This document shows, piece by piece, positions 15,275-28,967 of a stretch of 64,000 nt of DNA. The translations under genes were made by a program, and so were the position numbers. Numbering within the stretch: position 1 is the stretch's first letter; every line of letters starts with the position of its first letter. Source of the stretch: the human T2T-CHM13v2.0 reference genome, Homo sapiens. The notes below the pieces were generated by a model. That model had not been told where the DNA came from and ran no database searches. It saw only the letters and a program-made list of their open reading frames with translations. Where the stretch lies: the NCBI RefSeq assembly GCF_009914755.1, contig NC_060935.1. One strand, given 5' to 3'.

Positions 15275-16394
15275 TAAATGAAATTATTTAAAGCACTTAG
15301 TACAGTGCCTGGTACAGAGGTGGCATTCAAAAAGTACTAGTTATTAGTATTAGTTTTATTTTTACTTATGAATAAACTGGAGCTTAGCTAGACTCAAGAT
15401 TACCAAGCCTTTAAGTTGGACTTGAACCCATTCACAAAGTTCGATGATTGCATAATTCTAAGGGTAGTCTGAATATCACAGAACAGAATAAGATGATTAT
15501 CTTGGCATTCTTTCCACTTCATTATAATTATCTGATTTTTAAAGGTGTCTTAGCCTTACAAAAAATTGTTAGGATTCCTCTAAATGGGTGCTTCATTTGC
15601 AAAACCTCAATCTACCACCAACTTGTCACAGCCAGACCTATTACATAAAATAAAACAGACACGTGGAGGAAATTGTTTCCTGATTTAGGTGAGTAAAGCT
15701 AGTGAGAAGTCTTTTGAGGCATTTTCTATCTCACTATGTTTCATCTTTTCAGAAGAATTCTGTTTTCCCATTAAGAAGACAACTGTCAGGTGAAAAGGCC
15801 CAGAAATCTAGTAGGGCTGTGTGTGGATCAGTCACATCCGTGAAGCCCTGAAATTGTTTGATCTATCTGATACTAAGTGTCTGCATTCTTGGCAGAATCA
15901 GGATAAATGACTCCTTTTTTTTCTTCTGTTCCTGCACATTTGGCATAATACAATCATAGAGAGTGAATAATAGTCCAATTCAGCTCTCAGTTTCTGCATT
16001 GATTCCTCCAGAGAAATATAATAAGCTCGTTCTTTGGTTGGCTCCTGATTTTGATTGACAGAAAAAATAACAGCAGAAAGATTACATTTTGCCAGCATCC
16101 TAAATTTTGAAGAACAAAAACCATATTTAAATGACTGCTAAATTGTCTGACGTTCCTATTTTTAAAAAGAACCTCCTGGAGGGAAACATTGTCTTTGTCT
16201 TCAGGGAAGGAGTTAAAGGTCAACAAACTTTGTTGTAAAGTTTCTAAAAGCTGTTGACAGAAGGCTTGATGAAAATACTATATCTTGTGCCCAGAGAAAA
16301 GCACATATTTTGAGAGTCCTGTTTATTGTCCCTTCTCAAGGTGGGGTAGACTAGAAGTGCAACTTACATGTGTGGACTTTGAAATAAAGTTGCC

Positions 16395-16580
16395 TAGCTC
16401 TAATCTGTTCGATCTTGGGTAACTTACTTAACCCCTATGCCTCAGTTGTCCTCACTGGTAAAATGGGATCATTATTACCTACCTCATTGGATTTATAGCA
16501 CGAATAAAAGAAGTTAAAACAATAAAAATGCTTAGCACTGTGCCTGGCACAAAGGGCATGCTCTGTAAATGTTGAATGTT
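16395..16580 (+). mobile_element. MIR SINE
   Basis: ttgggtaacttacttaacccctatgcctcagtt...aaaatgcttagcactgtgcctggcac. Confidence 0.8.
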
Positions 16581-19500
16581 ATCCTTCTTAACATGTGTTG
16601 TTAGTAATATTGCTATATATGTGTGTGTGTGTGGGTATATAAATATATTTTGCCATGGAAAATTTTTGTCCAATAAAATCTTAGATGTAAAGAGAGCTGC
16701 TCTGGTAGAAGTGGAGCAGAGAATATATAAAAACAGGCTGACTCAATTCCCCTTTTCCACAATTGCTGTAAATACTCTCTGACCTCACCCTCTTCAACTG
16801 TCCCCAAGATTGCTCCAGGGAACCCCAGGGCTCCCCCTAACACCCACTGCTGTAATGGGTCCTGGGTCTCTCACTGTCCAGACACTCTTGTTCAGAATGG
16901 TCCTGAGTCATGGACTGCTCTGGCAGGTGTTGCTGTAACTTTTTTTTTTTTCTTTGCCTCCCAGTGTCTTTGGGCAGAAAAATTGAAGGGAAAGGAAAGC
17001 CACCTTGTTCAGAAGAGTTCTTCTACCGTTGCCTTTTCCTTCATTGTCTGTTCTCTAAAGCTGAGGGTCTCTGTCATTTTGGCCACTCTTCCTTGAGCAT
17101 GGTTTAGGGTCATCCTCGTCCTTTAGGGCAAACTATAGTTTCTCAGTGTGTGTTGTAAGATTTGAACTCTATTAACACCTGCTTTTTGAACTTCGGTATC
17201 TATTACAGTCACCTGGGGAGCTAGTTAAAACCCCTGCTTTTTGAGTCCCTCCCCAGAGATACTGTGATTTTGTAAGTTTGGGGTAGAGCCAGGGAAGCTA
17301 TGTTACTTAACAAATTCCAGAGTCCCAAGTTTAGTAGCAGCTGTGGCATTTACTGAATGTGAGACCTTGGAGAAGTCATTACCTGCCCACGGTTCTGTTG
17401 CCCGCTTTGAGAAAAGAATGCCTTAAAGTAGCTGACCTCCAAGAAGCCTTTCCAGGTCCAAAATTCTAAGATTTCACCATTCTAGCTGTGGTCTGGGCTG
17501 TGTGCAGCAAAGCAAGATCCTCACCCATCTTGTTCTGAATGTCATTCCTGTGTTAATATAACCCAAGATCCCATGGATTTTCATGGCAGCCACGTCTCTG
17601 TAGTGAGTCACAGTGAACCTAACTGTTGATAGAAATCTTTTTAGGCATACTTCTGCCTGGTAGTAACCTACTTCCTATTTTCATGTAGCTTTTGACCTCC
17701 ATGCAGAGTAAATAAAAGAAAGCAGGTATACCTTATGGGTGTTTAATGCTCGAATGCATGAAAGAATCCCACATTTTACTAGATTATAACATCACAGGGG
17801 GAAATAAGGGCTCATCTTCTTCTCCCTTTTTAATTGTCCTCGTAAGTGGCCAGTGGACATCTGTCTTTTCTGATTTAGCTTGTAAACCCATTTTATGCCC
17901 CCTTCATTAGGACAGTGTTTGTCAAAATGCATCCCATGATAGGCTTTTTCTTTAAACTATCCCATAAAATCAGTTCCCTGGCAAAAATACATTTAAGAAT
18001 CACACTATCATCCCATTATCCTTTAGGATATTCTCAGTGCAAATAGGCACATTAAAGGTTCTGAGAAGTCCTGTAGACAAAAAAAAAATTATTTGACTAC
18101 TATTTAGACCTCCATTTTCCAAACTTACCTGACCATAGAATCTCTTCTTTCTTTTACTGTCTATTTATATTGTTCAGTGGAAGCCATTCTGGTTTAACAC
18201 TGATTTGGAGGCTCCTATTTGGGGCTGCCCATCCTTGCCCCAATAGAAAGCAGAAAGATTGGGCTGGGCTCCTAGAGGAAGGGGCCTACAGAATTCCTTA
18301 ACTAACTCTATCTTAGAAGGATGTATTTACAATAGTGTACAGCCATTGCATTCTGCCAAAAAGCTGCTGGTTGTGAACAATGACCTCTTGAAAGAATGGG
18401 ATTTGCCCCCTGTAAAGTGTGTATAATCTGTCTGTGAAATTTCATACACTCTTGGAAAAAGGGAGATGGTTTTCTACAGCCAATTTTGTACTTTCTTATA
18501 GCCATATATGGTACAAGATAGAGAAATTGCTGACCAATTAAAGCAAAAGTTTTCTCCTGGGGATTTTGAACAAATAAGTTCAAGAGAGAGAAAGGATGTG
18601 TTTTGAGGGTGATGTGGCTTCAAGAACTGAAAGATAAAGAATAGGCATGTCTTATATTTTTAAAGGTATCTTCCTTCAGACACCAGCAAATGATCCGTCT
18701 CCTTACCCAGCTGAGTGGGAGGATTTTTAAAATTTGTGTAGAATACATTTGATGTAAAGGGCGTGTGTGTGAGAGAGAGGGAGAGATTTTAAGAATTTAT
18801 TCTCTTTTTAAGGTGTTATCATAGGGTCAAACATAAGCCCAGCTGCATATGAATATTTCCAGCAAGTTAACCTTTGTTTAGCTTTACCAATTCTTTATAA
18901 CATTACGTGGGATTTAAGAACATACCTTGTAAAACTGTTTGGAGAAAATGTAGTGAAAACTACTTTGGAAAGGGGTAATTCTTTAAAAAAAAAAAAAAAA
19001 CAAAAAAAAACTGGTTTTTAGCTACCAGCAGACAAATGAATTACCTCATCACCCATGGTTTCACTTGGTTTTATCCAAAATAAGCCACTGAAGAAAAAGG
19101 ATTACCTTGTCACATATTACAAAGAAACACAACTGTAATTGCTCCAGCTGTCGAGGGCCTCTTCTGCTTCCTCTGGGGTGAAAAAGTCACTGAGAAAAAC
19201 TGGGAAATGTGTGGTTCATGCAGGACAGAGGAGGGTTCTGTCTGTTAGGATAATGTGCTTTTACATTCTGCATATTTATTTTTGATCAAACTGTCACAAG
19301 ATACTGGAGTATTCATACATGACATTTTAAGTGACCCAGTAGAGAGCAAAATCTCCACCATGCATAGAAGAAGAAAACATTGAAAGCATCACCAAGATTT
19401 CTAGTCATTGAGTTCAGTTAGTTTTAGAGAGAACTGACATGGTTAGTCAAGAGGGGGACAAGTCAGGAGCACCTGATTTTAATTTTGAGCGCTGTGGAGA

Positions 19501-19659
19501 GATCTGGTGTGGATAATAGTTTTTGTTTGTTTATTGATTTTTCTAACCACCATTTCAGGAGACCTAATAAGACTTCAGGCATTCTTGGAAGTAAGCTAAG
19601 TCAGGTGCATCTACTAACCACAATGCAGGATAACAAGGGTCAGGGATGCTTATTTTTTA

Positions 19660-20840
<1,181 letters not shown>

Positions 20841-21988
20841 CAAACAACTTTTAAAAAACATTTGATTATAAAAAAACCATTTTATTGTATAGATCCTCAT
20901 CCTTATTCTAGCTTAGACTTTCTAGAAGCATATGGAATTATAGACACAATAAGCTCCTTGAAGCATGTGGATCCAAAGCCCAGCTCGCTCTCCCTCCATG
21001 CCCTCTCACTCTCCTGTCTCCATTCTTTGTTTGTCCTCGTGCCCCGCTTACCTTCTTTACTTCTCTCTGTACCTCCAGGGATCCTCTCCAAGATGGAGTT
21101 GGAGAGAAGACTGTGTTTAAGCTATATCCTTAATATTAGACATTGACACAGCAGTGCTGCTGAGGAGGCTCCTCCAGCCAGGCTCCAAGAACCTTGCAGA
21201 ACCTCTAAGTGGATCAAGACAGGTTCACCTGCCCTTCTGTGGTCTGGTGGCTACCAGGTTGTCAAGAACTGACCAGGATGACTCTGAAAACAGTCTCTAG
21301 CTCATGTGGCTGGAGTCAATACACTTAAAGAAAAAAAAAAAAACAAAAAAAACTAGTTTCAATTATACTAACCAATTTGAATACTCAAGATTGACACCTT
21401 GACAAATTTTAGGAAATTGCAGACATTTTCCCACACCCAATTATCAGGCCTGTTCTCCAAAGACTTGGGAGAGGATTTAGGCCAGAAACCTCCCCAGGGC
21501 AGATTTAAAAATCACAGTAGCAGTGACAGGAGCTGGGATCAACAGGACACTCTCCCTGAGTGCCTGTTGGCATCAGGACCAGACCACCAACATCTCCCTA
21601 ACTGAAAAGCTGGGGACAGGAGAGACCTGGGGCCAGTGTCCGCCCTCACTGAAGGAGAGAGGAAGAAATGCTTTATTTATCTGCTTTAAACAGTATTTTC
21701 ATTTAGAAAGCATTTTGGTTCCTGTCAGGGAAGGTTAAGGCTGGTTGCCAGAAAAACCAAACCAAACTTTTTCCCTCCCAACCGGAGGATTAATACTCTC
21801 TCTAAACTCCGAGAAAAAAAATTCCTTTTCTTCAAAGCCATCCTGTCTGCAGTGTTTCAAATGAAACTTTTCCTTCTTACAGTGGTTTGTCAGTTGGTGG
21901 TGGGCCAACCTTGTAAGCTGGTCTTTTAGAACTGAGGTGTTCCAACTGCAAGGCACAGCCCACTAGTGGGGCATAAGACCTGTTTAAG

Positions 21989-22409
21989 GGCCAGGCGTAG
22001 TGGCTCACGCCTGTAATCCCAGCACTTTGGGAGGCCAAGGTGGGAAGATCACCTGAAGTCAGGAGTTCCAGACCAGCCTGGCCAACATGGTGAAACCCCA
22101 TCTCTACTAAGAATACAAAAATTAGCCGGGCATGGTGGCAGGAACCTGTAATCCCAGCTACTCAGGAGGCTGAGGCAGCAGACTTGCCTGCATCTGGGAG
22201 GTGGAGGTTGCAGTGAGCACTCCAGCCTGGGCAACAAGAGTGAAACTCTGTCTCAAAATAAAATAATAAAATAAATAAAATAGCCAGGTGTGGTGGTATG
22301 TGCCTGTGGTTCCAGCAGTGAGCCGAGATTGCACCAGTGCACTCCAGCCTGGGCAACAGAGCAAAACTACATCTTTTAAAACAAAACAAAACAAAACAAA
22401 ACAAAAAAA
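21989..22409 (+). mobile_element. Three-arm composite Alu (left arm plus two right arms)
   Basis: One TSD (acctgtttaag) flanks the whole unit; (AAAAC)n tail. Confidence 0.85.
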
Positions 22410-23630
22410 ACCTGTTTAAGGGCTCTGCAATCAGCATTTTAGAACAGACTAGAGTAGCATATATCAGAGTTTATTATACATAATAAGAGTATATCTTGAT
22501 ATTTTTCAGTTTAACATGTGGAGAAGTGGCTGTTTATTGGATGGCAATATATCATTCTTACTGTGTTTTTACTATGTGGTCAAAAATTGTCACAGCTACT
22601 ATTTTAAAATTACCTTTGGCTCAACAAGGCCTGATCATGTTTCCAGAACTGGCAAAATATCACATACTACACAAATATATAGAAATAAATAAAGCTCTAA
22701 AAACTAACCATTTCAGGTTCGTTTTGAACCTAGTCCTTATTTGAGCCTTCTGGTTTGATTTCTATTTGGTTGATTACGTTTTTCAAAAGAACACATTTAA
22801 TATGAGTATATCTTGATTTAATGTAACAGTGTTTCTCCCACTTCAGTCTTACATAAAATTTCTGCGTGATTTTTGCCAAATCTGTGAGCCACTTGTGTTT
22901 TTTATTTGTATTTTCCTTAAACTAGCTCAAATTTTAAATCTACATTTAATATCCATGAAACTGTTAATTTATATATGGCTAGTTATCATTTTCCAATATG
23001 TTTCTAATATATCTAATAAGCAATAAATATGACTTTTAAAATATAAAAATATTCATGTGCCATCCAACACAATCTCATCCACTTCAGTGGCCCACATATC
23101 ATCATTTGGGGGATACAGATGTTCAAAACATTCTTTTATGCTTTTCTTTTTCCCCCTTAGGTTCCTTTGCTTTAACAAAGGTTCAGATATTTGAGGAAAA
23201 TAACAAGAGTTGTTAGTTATCAGGGAAATAAGTGCTTTTCATTTTGAAGAACTCACGCCACCCACCTTCCCCCAAACTGGTTTTCATAGGATACTAGCAT
23301 TTCTGAATTCACAAGCAGCTCATCTAATGTTGACCATACCTTGACCCAGCCGGTTTTCTCCATCAAGATTGGAAATCACCCAGCTGCAGGGGTCGTCTCA
23401 GAGACTTGCCCAGATTTGAATAGAAGCAAGGCTAAAAGGACACTAGAGAAATAGCTCATCCTCTTTCTAACAAATGGGGCAACTGAAGCCAAGAGAGGCA
23501 AAATGGCATATCTAGGATCACGCCATGAGTTGGGGACAAAGTTCAAGGTCCAGCCTACCCACCCACACCTCCCCTTTGTTTAACTTACTATCTGAGAAGC
23601 CTGTTGAGGAAAGCTTCATGCTAGGAGTCA

Positions 23631-23957
<327 letters not shown>

Positions 23958-26099
23958 AAACAGACAAAGGGAGGAACAGGCCCCAAACAGCCACTCAGCC
24001 AAGCTCTGAGATCACTGGTATGATATCCTAGGAATGATAGAAATGTATCAAGTTACTTTGTACAAGACCACTCATGACTTGACATACCCTTCATGTCATA
24101 GGGGACTTCTGGCTGTGACATGAGTGTAGAATGTTGATGACCTGGTCCTCAGATGCCCTAGTGCCCCCTATCTAGCACCACTCAAGACTCCTGCTCTAGA
24201 AACCAAATTCAGAATCATACCCAGGTGCTACCTTTTATAGTCGTAATGAGTAGCCTTGAAATGCCCCCATGACTTAATAACCAGGGGAGCCCAGACTAAA
24301 TACTACATAGAAATTCTGATTCTTTGAGTTTTAATCTGAATTTTTTCCTGAGTTTAGGCTTAAGAGTTTTAATAAAACCCTAAAGACTCATCACAAATCC
24401 TACATCTCTGTTACCTTAAATATGACTTGCAAATGTCAAAATTACCCACCAGCAATTCATAAGTATCTTTATGCTCCAGCAGGCTTTAGAACACAAAGAT
24501 GAGTCAGGGCGGGGAGTCTCTGTCCTGGAGGAAATCCCAGACCAGGGGAATAACTGACCTATAGCAGAAGCACCACGTGGTAACACAAGGATCACTTCCT
24601 CCAGGAAGTTTTCCCAAACTCTTCAGAGGGAATTAGTAGAGTCTACTAATTCTCCAGTTCTCATAGCACCTCATAGAGCCCTCTACCACTTTTTACACTG
24701 TTTTCATGGTTTGTTTTGAGGTCCATTGCACCCTGAGACAGTGAGTTCTAGGGGGCGGGAGCTTTATTCAACTCTGTGTTCCCAGAGCATTGTATAAAGT
24801 AGCTGCCCCTCCAAAATCATTCTATGGAAGAGGTATGGACGGAATCCTAGTGAAGCACAACAGTAGGGGAAAATGTCATGTGATATAAACCAGGCCTGAG
24901 AGTCTCAGATGGCCATTTCACCAAGACAAGCCAAGTATCTGTTTTCTTCTGGGTCAGTTATTAGCTACTTAGTTGGTTAATTTCTAGCTGCGATTGTTAG
25001 TGTTAAAAAAAATAGAAATTATAGTGGAGACATCCATTTCTGAGCAAGCCTCAGAGTAGTTCCAAGCGGTAAGATCACATTGATCCATGTACACGTGGGG
25101 ACTATGCCTAAAACTTCTTTAGGAAAGAGGAACATACCTTTGAATGTGATCTTGTAGTTCCTATAAGGACAGTGTTGCAACCTGCCCCTAAGACCCCCGT
25201 CCTTTTCTTTAGCACTATTTTTTAACAAATAATATAGTTTATTTAATTAAATTTATTATCTGTTCCTTCTTGCTAAAATGTGAACTCCATGAAGGCAGAG
25301 ATTTCTATCTGTTTTTTCATCGATGGATCCCAAGTACCTAAAACAGTATCTGACACATATTAGGAGCTCAAAGAATGAATAGATACATATGAATGAATAT
25401 ACTGAATGAATGAATGAAAACTTTACATCTGCCCCAGATCTAAGTTCAGGTAAAGGGAAAGGCAGTTTTCCTAGGAGGAGTGGTACTCAGGATTGGTGGG
25501 TTCACTATTATTTCAGCCAGAGAGCCATCCTCTGTGATGTAGGCTGCTGTATTTCAAATGGCAGGGTTGGTTTGTACTCCACCATGGATGTCATGAACAT
25601 ACATAAGCTAGTAGAATGCGCAGTTCCTAAAAGTGCTCTTGTTGTTTAAGTGGCTGTTTACATGCATTCTTCATCGAAGGAGGTAGCTATGACACCATGT
25701 CAGGAGACCTGAGTTCAAATCCCAGATATCTGCATTTCTGGCTGTGTAATTTAGGATTATTCTTTAGCCCTACCTAAGTCTCAGTTTCCTCACTCTTAAA
25801 ATAGGGGCAGGAACTCCTTTTCACAATGTGCTGAGCACTGAGCCTCCTGACACCAAGCAGGCCGCTGATGGGCAGCGTCAAGCCTGTAGCAACCCTCTAA
25901 CAGGCCAGCAGTGTGGGTGGGTTCTCGGAGCCTGATTCCAAGCCAGTCTCCCCAGGAAAACATCCAACAACACCCCTTGAGTTTTGTTAGGGAGGATTGT
26001 GAGGCACCCTCCCTCCAAACCCAAATCCCCAGTAAGTCAGGAAGATATATGTGTTTTAAAACATTGGGAGGTCTGCTTTGGATCACCCTGGAGCTGTGG

Positions 26100-26479
26100 C
26101 TTCCCCGAGCAGCTGAGAGTGAAAGGAGGCAGTTCCTTTACTGTGAGCTCTCACGGCACGGTGCTCACGCCCCACACAGGGGCTGCCTTCACTCGGCTTC
26201 AGCAGCCGTTGACTTTTAAATCATAAAAAGCCGCTCTATATACAGTTTACTCTGTTGCTAGAAGGCAGTGGAACATAGGTATTTAAAAAAAAAAAAAAGC
26301 AGAAGAAGCAGCCGTTAATCCCGCCAGGCTTCTGGGCACTGGAGTAGTTGTGGATGACAAAAGTTAATTAGAAACATGAGCAGTTTAACCGAAAACACTT
26401 GTGACAATTGGAAGGGCAGCCTCTCCGGTTGGAGGATTTTTCCTAGGGAATCATTGCAGGAGAAAGTGGCTGCTGCTAG
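26100..26479 (+). promoter_or_regulatory. Candidate internal promoter / alternative first exon
   Basis: Non-repetitive, more CpGs than flanks, TATA-like tatataca (~26237) and tatttaaa (~26280), ATG at 26376 with A at -3, consensus donor TAG|gtaagt at 26479/26480, G-runs downstream. Confidence 0.45.
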
Positions 26480-26562
26480 GTAAGTCATGTCATTGTGAGT
26501 TTGCAGATGCAGAGGTGCTTTTTGGGGGGCTGAAGGGGTGTATCCTGTCTGCCGTGCACACT

Positions 26563-26595
26563 GGGCATGGGGTGTGGGTGGGTGCGGGCACGGGG
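26563..26595 (+). other. Putative G-quadruplex / intronic G-run cluster
   Basis: gggcatggggtgtgggtgggtgcgggcacgggg: six runs of 3 or more G with 1-3 nt loops. Confidence 0.7.
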
Positions 26596-27012
26596 CCCAG
26601 TGGAGACGTGCTTTGCCTGGCACTTTCTCTCCAACAGCTGTCCTTCCTTGAGAGATAGGCTGCATCATCCGGGGCACTGACTGAAGCAGGGTGCTGCAGT
26701 TTCCATTTCTGTCACATTGGCCACCTTGGTGACTAGCTGTTAGTTTGGAGCCTGCCCTCACTAGAACAATTCTGGCTCTAGTTTGGAAGTATTTTGAGGC
26801 TTTTCTGAGAAAAGAGTCTGGCCAGGGAAATACTCACTGAGCGCCAAGGGGAAGCCTTGACTTTCAGATAACCTGTGTGTTTTCTGGCCCACAGTGAACC
26901 CATTGCATAGATTACACTCTTAAGCAAAAAAAAAAAAAAAAAAAAAAAAAGAAAGAAAAGGAAAAAAAAAAAGCTGTTTTTAAGTCCAACCTGAACCATG
27001 TTTGCAACGTGT

Positions 27013-27308
27013 TTTGGTTTTTTGGTTTGTTTGGTTTTTTTCTGAGACAGAGTCTCACTCTTTTTCCCAGGCTGGAGTACAATGGCATGATCTCAGCTCA
27101 CTGCAACCTCTACTTCTCCTGCCTCAGCCTCCCAAGTAGCTGGGATTACAGGCATGTGCCACCACACCCAGCTAATTTTTGTATTTTTAGTAGAGACTGG
27201 GTTTCACCATGTTGGCCAGGCTGGTCTTGAATTCCTGACCTCAGGTGATCTGCCCGCCTCGGCCTCCCAAAGTACTGGGATTACAGGTGTGAGCCACTGC
27301 ACCCAGCC
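27013..27308 (-). mobile_element. AluS with small internal deletion
   Basis: Antisense Alu about 560 bp upstream of exon A. Confidence 0.9.
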
Positions 27309-27865
27309 ATTTGCAACTTTTAAAAAGTGCCAGCATAGGAAAAACTTACATGCTTTAATAGGCTTTAACAACTTTTGTGTGTAATTATTCTTTTTTAAAG
27401 ATTCTACATGGTTTCTCCTTCTTTTCTATTTTTGTAATTGTTGTATTTTAATGTCTCTGATACATTGTTTGCTTAAAGTTGGATAATTCTTGATTCTTTC
27501 CCATAATTGGGAAACAGGCTATGGGATGAATAATTGAAAACGGTAGGTATTTCCTACTCTCTCCTGCACTGGCTGTATTAACGGTGCAGGTGTCTGTTAA
27601 GATTTGTTAAGACCTGCATGCTTTCACGTGGCACATGCCACCAAAATGTGATGGGGTTGGGGGGATGTGAACTGTGCAGTATGGAAAGCAGGAGGAAGTC
27701 AAGCCAGAAATTAAAACCTAACCACAGATAATCCACAAAGTGGGCAATGGAGCTATACGGCATTTGGGTTGGGAGTGATTGGTTGTGTGGCCATGGCTGA
27801 CCCTCCCTGGTCTTCAGTGCAGGTCAACAAGTATGATTCAGGCCTCCTCTCTTCTGTCTCTGCAG

Positions 27866-28967
27866 AGCCTTTGGCAAGTTCAGCCTCCTCCCACCCCGGA
27901 ATGAGTGACAATGCACCTGCTTCCTTGGAGAGCGGCAGCAGCTCCACCCCTACTAATTGCAGTACCTCCTCGGCCATCCCGCAGCCCGGTGCAGCCACCA
28001 AGCCTTGGCGCAGCAAATCCCTCAGCGTGAAGCACAGTGCCACGGTATCCATGCTCTCGGTCAAGCCTCCTGGGCCTGAGGCCCCCAGGCCCACACCTGA
28101 AGCCATGAAGCCGGCCCCCAACAATCAGAAGTCCATGCTGGAAAAGCTGAAACTTTTCAACAGTAAAGGGGGCTCAAAGGCAGGTGAGGGGCCGGGGTCC
28201 CGGGACACAAGCTGTGAGCGGCTGGAGACTCTGCCCAGCTTCGAAGAGAGCGAGGAGCTGGAGGCCGCCAGTCGCATGCTCACCACCGTGGGCCCTGCTT
28301 CCAGCAGCCCCAAGATTGCACTCAAGGGCATTGCCCAGAGGACTTTTAGCCGGGCACTGACCAACAAGAAGAGTTCTCTGAAAGGCAATGAGAAAGAGAA
28401 GGAGAAACAACAGCGGGAGAAGGATAAGGAGAAAAGCAAGGACCTTGCCAAGAGAGCCTCTGTGACGGAGAGGCTGGACCTCAAGGAGGAGCCAAAAGAA
28501 GACCCCAGTGGAGCAGCTGTGCCCGAGATGCCAAAAAAGTCCTCCAAGATTGCCAGCTTCATCCCCAAAGGGGGGAAGCTCAACAGTGCCAAGAAGGAGC
28601 CCATGGCCCCTTCCCACAGTGGAATACCAAAACCAGGAATGAAGAGCATGCCCGGGAAATCCCCAAGTGCCCCAGCGCCTTCCAAGGAAGGGGAGCGGAG
28701 CCGGAGTGGGAAGCTGAGCTCAGGACTCCCCCAGCAGAAGCCCCAGCTGGACGGCAGACACTCCAGTTCCTCTTCCAGCCTGGCGTCCTCAGAAGGAAAA
28801 GGCCCAGGAGGGACCACCCTGAACCACAGCATCAGCAGCCAGACTGTCAGTGGGTCTGTCGGGACCACCCAGACCACAGGAAGCAATACCGTCAGTGTTC
28901 AGCTACCTCAGCCCCAGCAGCAATACAACCATCCCAACACTGCCACGGTTGCACCTTTCCTGTACAG
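27866..28967 (+). CDS. NAV2: NAV2 coding exon A (1102 nt, phase 1 to 2); Ser/Pro/Lys-rich region with SxIP-like motifs and a charged EKEKEKQQREK segment
   Basis: Acceptor ctctcttctgtctctgcag|AG CCT; donor TAC AG|gtagga; contained in the 400-aa ORF 27769-28971. Confidence 0.97.

Noticed and set aside
28125-28886. 253-aa and 147-aa antisense ORFs
   Set aside because: Shadow frames of the GC-rich NAV2 exon A, with no independent gene signals
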